A DNA stretch of 5,829 nucleotides from a virus, in the IMG/VR virus record IMGVR_UViG_3300045988_005223, positions 1-5,829 of that record. One strand, 5' to 3'. Shown here piece by piece: positions 1 to 4,392 of this stretch; the first letter of the stretch is position 1, and every line of letters begins with the position of its first letter. The notes under the pieces are model-generated. The model saw only the letters and a list, made by a program, of their open reading frames with translations, had not been told where the DNA came from and did no database searches. A program made the position numbers and the translations under genes.

Positions 1-55
1 CACTATACGGAATGAAGCCGGCAAAGGCCGGCAAGTTCCACGACTACTTTACGAG
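1..55. repeat. Terminal direct overlap, copy 1. It is identical to 5775..5829 and is the signature of a circular genome that was linearised.
   Basis: I compared the two copies base by base. CACTATACGGAATGAAGCCGGCAAAGGCCGGCAAGTTCCACGACTACTTTACGAG occurs at both ends. Confidence 0.97.
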
Positions 56-1094
56 CTGCTTACCGTCACCAATGAAAGCTGACCCGGTAGAAATCAGCAT
101 GACGGGCAATGCAATCATTAGCGGATACACAAACGACCAGCTCAACGAAAAAGCACCCCTATATGTAAACAGTTTTCACGACGGAAGCACAAACCCGGGC
201 AACATCAAAAACAAACTGTACGCAATCGCAGAAGACGGAGGCACTGGAGCAGCATATCTGGCCATCGGAGACGGAACAGGAAGCGACCATAGTGTAGTAT
301 ATCTAGGCGCAGACCTCGACGGAGTAAACGCAATCAGCATTCAGGACTTGCGCATGGCAATCGCATTACAGCACATCTTCGAAGCGGATGCACGCAACGG
401 CACTCGTTACCGCGAGTTCCTTTCCGGCACGTGGGGCGTGACAAGTCCGGACAGCCGTCTACAGATTCCTGAATACATCGGCGGGCAGCGCATCGCAATC
501 AATGTTAATCAGGTTGTCCAGACGAGCCAGACAGACACCACAACCGGGCAGGCACTGGGCAACACGGCAGCATACAGTCTGACCACGTGCAGCAAACAAA
601 TGGTGGACTATGCAGCGACCGAATACGGCTTCATCATCGGGCTGGCAGTGGTACGAGTAGAGCACAGCTATCAGCAGGGACTTGCAACCAAGTGGACACG
701 TGGCGGGCGATTCACGTACTACGACCCGCGACTGGCAGCACTAGGCGAACAACCGGTATATAACCGCGAAATCTATACACAGGGCACAGCAGAAGACAAT
801 GAAATCTTTGGCTATCAGGAAGCGTGGGCAGACTACCGATACAAGCCTTCCTACGTAACCGGAGAAATGCGGTCTAACCACAAGACCAGTCTGGACGCAT
901 GGCACTATGCAGACAATTATAACGCACTTCCGCGACTCTCAGCAGAATGGATTCAGGAGGGACAGCAGAACATTGACCGGACGATTGCAGTAACAAGCAA
1001 CATCAGCCATCAATTCTTATGTGACTTCTACTTCAACGAGGAGTGGTACCGCGAGATGCCAATCTACAGCATCCCGGGCATCGAAAGAATCTAA
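1..1094 (+). CDS. VP1: Major capsid protein VP1 (phiX174 F-like), 3' part. It continues from 5207..5774 across the circular junction.
   Basis: The frame stays open from the window start (first full codon at 3) to TAA at 1092-1094. It is in phase with the ORF that begins at ATG 5207 once the 55-nt overlap is collapsed. The Met at 12 used by the ORF track is internal. The combined length is 1662 nt, or 553 aa. Confidence 0.93.
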   Translation, partial: LYGMKPAKAGKFHDYFTSCLPSPMKADPVEISMTGNAIISGYTNDQLNEKAPLYVNSFHDGSTNPGNIKNKLYAIAEDGGTGAAYLAIGDGTGSDHSVVYLGADLDGVNAISIQDLRMAIALQHIFEADARNGTRYREFLSGTWGVTSPDSRLQIPEYIGGQRIAINVNQVVQTSQTDTTTGQALGNTAAYSLTTCSKQMVDYAATEYGFIIGLAVVRVEHSYQQGLATKWTRGGRFTYYDPRLAALGEQPVYNREIYTQGTAEDNEIFGYQEAWADYRYKPSYVTGEMRSNHKTSLDAWHYADNYNALPRLSAEWIQEGQQNIDRTIAVTSNISHQFLCDFYFNEEWYREMPIYSIPGIERI

Positions 1095-1096
1095 GA

Positions 1097-1103
1097 AAGG
1101 AGG
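1097..1103 (+). promoter_or_regulatory. Strong Shine-Dalgarno sequence (AAGGAGG) placed 29 nt upstream of the VP2 ATG, separated from it by a hairpin.
   Basis: AAGGAGG lies at 1097-1103. No ATG, GTG or TTG start sits at normal spacing after it. The VP2 frame is closed by TGA at 1130-1132, so ATG 1133 is the first possible start. Confidence 0.55.
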
Positions 1104-1104
1104 A

Positions 1105-1130
1105 AGCCCCGCAAAAGCGGGGCTATTTTT
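1105..1130 (+). terminator. Rho-independent terminator or attenuator hairpin immediately after VP1.
   Basis: AGCCCCGC (1105-1112), loop AAAA, GCGGGGCT (1117-1124). This is a perfect 8-bp stem followed by A and TTTTT (1126-1130). Confidence 0.75.
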
Positions 1131-1132
1131 GA

Positions 1133-1993
1133 ATGGAAACATTATTGAGCTTCATGCCGTACCTCATGCAAGGACTAAGCCTATTGACGGGTATCATCAC
1201 AAACAGCAACCAGAGCAGCGCCAAGAACAGCCAAGGAGCAGGCAACGAGACAAGCACAGGCAGCGAGAGCACCACGGGCAGCTTAACAGCACCACAACAA
1301 ATCGGTTCAACACAAATTAGCACACCAACAGGTATTAGCACATTCAACAACCAAAGCAGCGTAAACACCGCAAACGCACTACAAATGATGAGCGGACTAC
1401 TGAGCAACCTCGCAAATGCAGGAAGCCAAGCAAGCGCCAAAAAATACAACAGCGCAGAGGCAGCAGCAGAGCGAGCGTTTCAGAAAGAAATGCGCGGGAC
1501 AGCCTATCAAGACACCGTAAAAGATATGATTGCAGCAGGAATCAATCCTATTCTGGCAGCAACCAACGGGGCGACAAGCGCAACGGCAGGAGCATCAGCG
1601 AGCATTGGAAGTCAACGTTATAACCAGCAGAGCGCACAAGCTGCAAGCGTATCCGCTATGTACGAATACGGCAACAACACAGCTGAACTGGCAGACAAAT
1701 ACTTACAGCTGGCAAAACAGGCCACCAGCGCAAAACAGCTTAAAGCTGCAAAAAGCTGGGAACAGTCGGCAAGCGAACTGGCAACATCAAGCGCAAAACA
1801 GGCACAGCAATACAGCTATGCAGCTAACAAGCTAGGTGCAGGCCTTGCGGGAGCTGGTAAAGCAGCCAAAGACGCAGTAAAAAAAGCTGGCAAAGCAGCC
1901 AAAGAAAGCGTTGACAAGACAGCAAAAAGTTATGCAGACAAACAAATTGAAAAATATCAATCTGGACAGTTTGACGCATACAGAGGAGATTAA
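1133..1993 (+). CDS. VP2: Minor capsid / DNA pilot protein VP2 (functional analogue of phiX174 H).
   Basis: The 286-aa ORF lies directly after VP1. It has a hydrophobic N-terminus (LLSFMPYLMQGLSLLTGII) and an S/T/Q/N-rich low-complexity segment. It also has the pilot-protein-like core AERAFQKEMRGTAYQDTVKDMIAAGINPILAA and an Ala/Lys/Gln-rich helical C-terminus. Confidence 0.8.
   Translation: METLLSFMPYLMQGLSLLTGIITNSNQSSAKNSQGAGNETSTGSESTTGSLTAPQQIGSTQISTPTGISTFNNQSSVNTANALQMMSGLLSNLANAGSQASAKKYNSAEAAAERAFQKEMRGTAYQDTVKDMIAAGINPILAATNGATSATAGASASIGSQRYNQQSAQAASVSAMYEYGNNTAELADKYLQLAKQATSAKQLKAAKSWEQSASELATSSAKQAQQYSYAANKLGAGLAGAGKAAKDAVKKAGKAAKESVDKTAKSYADKQIEKYQSGQFDAYRGD
1853..1918 (+). repeat. 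Imperfect 33-bp tandem duplication inside VP2, encoding AGKAAKDAVKK / AGKAAKESVDK.
   Basis: Unit 1 is 1853-1885 and unit 2 is 1886-1918. The first 20 nt of the two units match at 19/20 positions. The repeat is in frame and gives an 11-residue period. Confidence 0.8.
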
Positions 1994-2071
1994 AAGCCCC
2001 TCCGCGCAAAGCTAAGGTTCCCCAACACAGGGGCACCAAACAAGCGGCAACCAAAACATAATCATGTATAG

Positions 2072-2104
2072 AGGGGGGCCGCAAAATTGGTTTGCGGCCC
2101 CCCT
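2072..2104 (+). other. 14-bp perfect GC-rich hairpin (G6...C6) in the non-coding region.
   Basis: AGGGGGGCCGCAAA (2072-2085), loop ATTGG, TTTGCGGCCCCCCT (2091-2104). I checked every pair. No T-run follows. Confidence 0.85.
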
Positions 2105-2112
2105 TGCGTCGC

Positions 2113-2131
2113 GCCCCCCTACGCGGGGGGC
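2113..2131 (+). other. Second hairpin, with its homopolymer runs in the opposite order (C6...G6).
   Basis: GCCCCCC (2113-2119), loop TACGC, GGGGGGC (2125-2131). The stem is 7 bp and lies 9 nt after the first hairpin. Confidence 0.75.
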
Positions 2132-2165
2132 TGCCGCTATAGTAAGACAAACAGTCTATTATCAC

Positions 2166-2202
2166 TATACGCGCGCGCGCACGAAGCGTGCACACACGCG
2201 CA
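2166..2202. repeat. Two alternating purine-pyrimidine tracts (Z-DNA-prone), containing a CGCGCGCGCGC core and a (CA)n run.
   Basis: TATACGCGCGCGCGCACG (2166-2183, 18 nt of strict R/Y alternation), then AA, then GCGTGCACACACGCGCA (2186-2202, 17 nt). Confidence 0.8.
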
Positions 2203-2242
2203 AAGAGACAATAATCCAAAAAATAGAGAATGTGGAAAACTT

Positions 2243-2411
2243 GAGTTTTCAACACTTTCAACAGGTTTTCAACAACAAGTTGCACAAAGAAATCCGTCAA
2301 AATGACGAACATTCAACAATTCAACAAGTTTTCAACAAAGTTTTCAACAGGCAAAAAGGCAATAAATAAACGTAGAAACGTTAAAAAAACGAGTTTTCAA
2401 CACTTTCAACA
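2243..2411 (+). repeat. Iteron array of nine same-orientation TTCAACA cores in three clusters. Five are the full 10-mer GTTTTCAACA.
   Basis: Cores start at 2248, 2257, 2268, then 2312, 2320, 2331, 2343, then 2396, 2405. GAGTTTTCAACACTTTCAACA at 2243-2263 is repeated exactly at 2391-2411. Spacing within clusters is 8-12 bp. No inverted copy occurs in the block. Confidence 0.85.
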
Positions 2412-2413
2412 CC

Positions 2414-2428
2414 ACTACTACTACTACT
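2414..2428. repeat. (ACT)5 trinucleotide microsatellite.
   Basis: ACTACTACTACTACT lies at 2414-2428 and is non-coding. It sits immediately after the last iteron pair. Confidence 0.9.
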
Positions 2429-2464
2429 ACAACAAGTTAATATATAAAGAAAGCGAGGTGTCAA

Positions 2465-2497
2465 CCGGCACAAGATAGACAAGGAAGCTTGTGCCGG
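2465..2497 (+). promoter_or_regulatory. Perfect 10-bp stem, 13-nt loop hairpin abutting the Rep start. It may be an origin or translational-control element.
   Basis: CCGGCACAAG (2465-2474), loop ATAGACAAGGAAG, CTTGTGCCGG (2488-2497). The loop contains the SD-like AAGGAAG (2481-2487). The right arm covers the GTG at 2491. Confidence 0.7.
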
Positions 2498-2505
2498 TAA
2501 CAAAA

Positions 2506-3495
2506 ATGCCATGTACAAAACCATTAGTATTTCAAATGGAAACGAAAAAACCGCAACTATGGGGAAGTCTGGAAAACCTATCAAAACAAGGACTGCAAGC
2601 GAACATCATGGACGGAGTAAAAAAAGGAAAATTCGCACTATTGCCATGCGGTAAGTGCGAGTATTGCCGCAAACAGATGGCTGACCAATGGGCAACCAGA
2701 ATCGAGCTGGAGGCTAAAGAATGGGACGATGTGATTTTTCTAACACTAACGTATGACGATGAACATATTCCATACGGCGAGATTCTCAAAGGCTACCAAA
2801 GTATCCAAAGTCAAACAGTAAGCAAACGAGACGTGCAACTATTCTTAAAACGGCTACGGAAAGCGTACAAGAAACCAATTAAATACTTTCTAGCAGCCGA
2901 ATACGGCGACAGAACAAAAAGGCCACACTATCACGCAATAGTATTTGGGCTTAAACCACCAGATGCACAATGGTACAAAAACCAAAAGGGAAACAGCTAT
3001 TTTAAAAGCGAGTGGTTACAAAAAATCTGGGGCAAAGGCATGATTGACTTTTCACCAGCACAACCAGGAAGCTTTGCATACGTGGCACAATACGTGAACA
3101 AAAAAGCCATTGGTGCAGAAGAAAGCGTAAAATACTGGATGCAAGGCAGAGAACCAGAATTTAGAATCATGTCAAAAGGTATTGGCGAAAAGTATCTGAA
3201 CGAACACAAAGATGAAATCTTGAAAACAGATAAAATCGTATGCGCAGGAGGACGCGAGAAAAGGCCTCCACGCTATTTTGATAAGATTCTAGATAAGGAT
3301 ACCAGCCAAGACACGGAAAGCTATTTTAAAGCACATTCTGACGAGCTAAGAGAGGTTAGAGCCAGACGCAGACGCAATGCAGTACAAAGTTTGGTCAATC
3401 TCGAACAGAGCACAAGCGTGGATTATGAAACCTATCTTAACATCCAAAAAGAAAAAGACAAGCTAAAGCAAAAGTGGCGTGAACCGAAAACATGA
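2506..3495 (+). CDS. VP4: Replication initiation protein VP4 (phiX174 gpA-like HUH rolling-circle endonuclease).
   Basis: Motif I is FLTLTY. Motif II (HUH) is HYHAIVF, with H-Y-H at 2926-2934. Motif III is YVAQYVNKK at 3079-3105, with two catalytic-type Tyr spaced Y-x3-Y. The N-terminus reads MPCTKP followed by CGKCEYC. The start is taken as ATG 2506. An in-frame GTG at 2491 is the alternative used by the ORF track. Confidence 0.92.
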   Translation: MPCTKPLVFQMETKKPQLWGSLENLSKQGLQANIMDGVKKGKFALLPCGKCEYCRKQMADQWATRIELEAKEWDDVIFLTLTYDDEHIPYGEILKGYQSIQSQTVSKRDVQLFLKRLRKAYKKPIKYFLAAEYGDRTKRPHYHAIVFGLKPPDAQWYKNQKGNSYFKSEWLQKIWGKGMIDFSPAQPGSFAYVAQYVNKKAIGAEESVKYWMQGREPEFRIMSKGIGEKYLNEHKDEILKTDKIVCAGGREKRPPRYFDKILDKDTSQDTESYFKAHSDELREVRARRRRNAVQSLVNLEQSTSVDYETYLNIQKEKDKLKQKWREPKT

Positions 3496-3628
3496 CGCGC
3501 ACAGCGCTAAAAAGGAAGATTTTATTAAGCCGAGTTCCGCTTGCGCTACACACGGCAGGGCGCTAAAGCGCCATTCAAAACAAAGGAGCAAAGGCTGGTT
3601 ACAAAATTATTACAAAGTGCAAAAAGCA

Positions 3629-3657
3629 TTGAAAAACCTATTGACATATGATAAAAT
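3629..3657 (+). promoter_or_regulatory. Sigma70/SigA-type promoter with an extended -10 element.
   Basis: TTGAAA (3629-3634), a 17-nt spacer, and TAAAAT (3652-3657) preceded by TGa (3649-3651). It lies in the 194-nt spacer after rep and upstream of the 50-aa ORF and the peptidase. Confidence 0.5.
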
Positions 3658-3689
3658 AGAATCAGAAAAAAAAAGGATGGTGCAACACC

Positions 3690-3842
3690 ATGAAAGGTTA
3701 CAACGAATCTACAGGACTATTTGAATCCCGCTACTACGCAAAAAAATATGCAAAAAGCGATGAGATAGTCGTAAAAGTTGAGGGTGGATACACAATAATG
3801 AACGATGGTTATTATTACAAAATCTGGAAAAATCAAAAATAA
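3690..3842 (+). CDS. Hypothetical 50-aa protein, absent from the supplied ORF track.
   Basis: The translation is MKGYNESTGLFESRYYAKKYAKSDEIVVKVEGGYTIMNDGYYYKIWKNQK. AAAGGA lies 12 nt upstream. The composition is not low-complexity. The ORF ends at TAA 3840-3842, which overlaps the SD of the next gene by two bases. It fills a gap that would otherwise be empty. Confidence 0.5.
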   Translation: MKGYNESTGLFESRYYAKKYAKSDEIVVKVEGGYTIMNDGYYYKIWKNQK

Positions 3843-3855
3843 GGAGCTAACAAAA

Positions 3856-4248
3856 ATGATTGAAAGTTATATTATAGAAACAGATGGAAACGCAAATCTT
3901 GGAAGACACTTCAAGGTAAAAGAATTCGCCTGCAAAGACGGAAGTCCAGTAGTGTTTGTAGACAGCTACCTATACAACATCCTGGATATCTTAAGAAAAA
4001 AGATAGAAAAACCAATCATAATCACCAGCGGATACCGTACACCAAGCTGGAACGCAAAATGCGGGGGAGCAAAATACAGCTACCACATGCGCGGTATGGC
4101 AGCAGATATCCGGGTAGATGGGATGAGCCCAAAAGAACTTGCCAACAAACTGAATGAAATCGTCCCGGATGAATGCGGCATTATCGTATACAAAAGCTGG
4201 GTACACTTTGATGTGAGACATAAAAAATACAGAAAGGGGATGAAGTAA
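3856..4248 (+). CDS. Zinc D-Ala-D-Ala carboxypeptidase-fold peptidase (M15 family, Peptidase_M15_3/VanY-like). Putative endolysin.
   Basis: SGYRTPSWNAKCGGAKYSYHMRGMAADI carries the H-x6-D zinc motif (His 4084-4086, Asp 4105-4107). The third ligand context is WVHFDV (His 4204-4206). AAGGAG at 3841-3846 lies 9 nt before ATG 3856. The ORF-track start at 3805 has no SD and overlaps the 50-aa ORF. Confidence 0.85.
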   Translation: MIESYIIETDGNANLGRHFKVKEFACKDGSPVVFVDSYLYNILDILRKKIEKPIIITSGYRTPSWNAKCGGAKYSYHMRGMAADIRVDGMSPKELANKLNEIVPDECGIIVYKSWVHFDVRHKKYRKGMK

Positions 4249-4364
4249 TGGCACACCGAAGTGGAGCGGGTCGAGGCGACCAGCGCCGATTCACGCAGAC
4301 CGCAAAACGGGTAAAAAACATCAACGTAAGACCGAAGGTCTCGCGCGGTGGCATCCGACTGTAA
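4248..4364 (+). CDS. Small Arg-rich DNA-binding / packaging protein (phiX174 J or gokushovirus VP8 analogue), 38 aa. Absent from the ORF track.
   Basis: The translation is MAHRSGAGRGDQRRFTQTAKRVKNINVRPKVSRGGIRL. It is highly basic and ends in RGGIRL, which I recall as typical of these proteins. The start overlaps the peptidase stop as TAATG. AAGGGGA lies upstream. Confidence 0.65.
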   Translation: MAHRSGAGRGDQRRFTQTAKRVKNINVRPKVSRGGIRL

Positions 4365-4392
4365 ACAATACAAAAAGAAAAGAGGTAATTTA

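Noticed and set aside
17-32. A GCCGGC-AAAG-GCCGGC palindromic hairpin next to the linearisation point, considered as a possible origin or packaging signal.
   Set aside because: It lies inside the VP1 coding sequence (KPAKAGK). The stem is only 6 bp, and its position near the window end just reflects where the assembler cut the circle.
1123-1449. A 108-aa very hydrophobic minus-strand ORF that looks like a membrane or holin candidate.
   Set aside because: It is antisense to the S/T/Q/A-rich low-complexity part of VP2. Reverse complements of GCN, AGC and CAR codons produce Leu/Cys/Ala-rich artefacts. Microviruses transcribe one strand only, and the ORF has no start signals.
1021-1835. + strand out-of-frame ORFs 1021..1320 and 1530..1835.
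   Set aside because: They are alternative frames of the VP1 end and of VP2, with low-complexity Q/R/S/T-rich products and no SD. The first also reads through the terminator hairpin.
2073-2130. G-quadruplex or i-motif potential of the G6 and C6 runs.
   Set aside because: Each strand has only two G-runs, whereas four are needed for an intramolecular quadruplex. Watson-Crick hairpins explain the arrangement fully.
1824-2312. A 162-aa minus-strand ORF.
   Set aside because: It is antisense to the VP2 tail and to the structured non-coding block. It has no SD and is a composition artefact.
2064-2369. A 101-aa + strand ORF (and the nested 2087..2305 ORF) spanning the non-coding block. It is basic, so I considered it as a J-like protein.
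   Set aside because: There is no SD before ATG 2064. The ORF runs straight through the two G6/C6 hairpins, the alternating CG tract and the iterons. The TTCAACA repeats are spaced 8-12 nt apart and so are read in shifting frames, which means the repeat is conserved as DNA and not as peptide. A much better J-like ORF exists at 4248..4364.
2243-2411. The TTCAACA repeat region read as a CRISPR array or as tandem satellite DNA.
   Set aside because: The units are only 7-10 nt long, with irregular 8-53 nt gaps and no repeat-spacer periodicity of about 60-70 nt. They behave as protein-binding iterons.
2491-2505. GTG 2491 as the Rep start (ORF-track model).
   Set aside because: I have not fully excluded it, because AAGGA lies 5 nt upstream. 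However, the GTG is buried in the 3' arm of a 10-bp stem, and the ATG 2506 product begins MPCTKP, the N-terminal pattern I associate with microvirus Rep proteins. I kept it as an alternative in the hairpin finding.
3641-3646. A perfect TTGACA hexamer as a -35 element.
   Set aside because: No acceptable -10 lies 16-18 nt downstream (3663-3670 is AGAAAA-like). The neighbouring TTGAAA at 3629 has correct 17-nt spacing to TGnTAAAAT, so I used that instead.
3479-3724. An 81-aa basic ORF overlapping the rep stop and crossing the rep-peptidase spacer.
   Set aside because: It has only a GTG start inside rep and no SD. It reads through the promoter-like element and overlaps the better-supported 50-aa ORF in another frame.
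3805-3855. The upstream start (ATG 3805) given by the ORF track for the peptidase.
   Set aside because: It has no SD and overlaps the 50-aa ORF. ATG 3856 has a perfect AAGGAG 9 nt upstream, and the extra 17 residues are neither a signal peptide nor part of the M15 fold.
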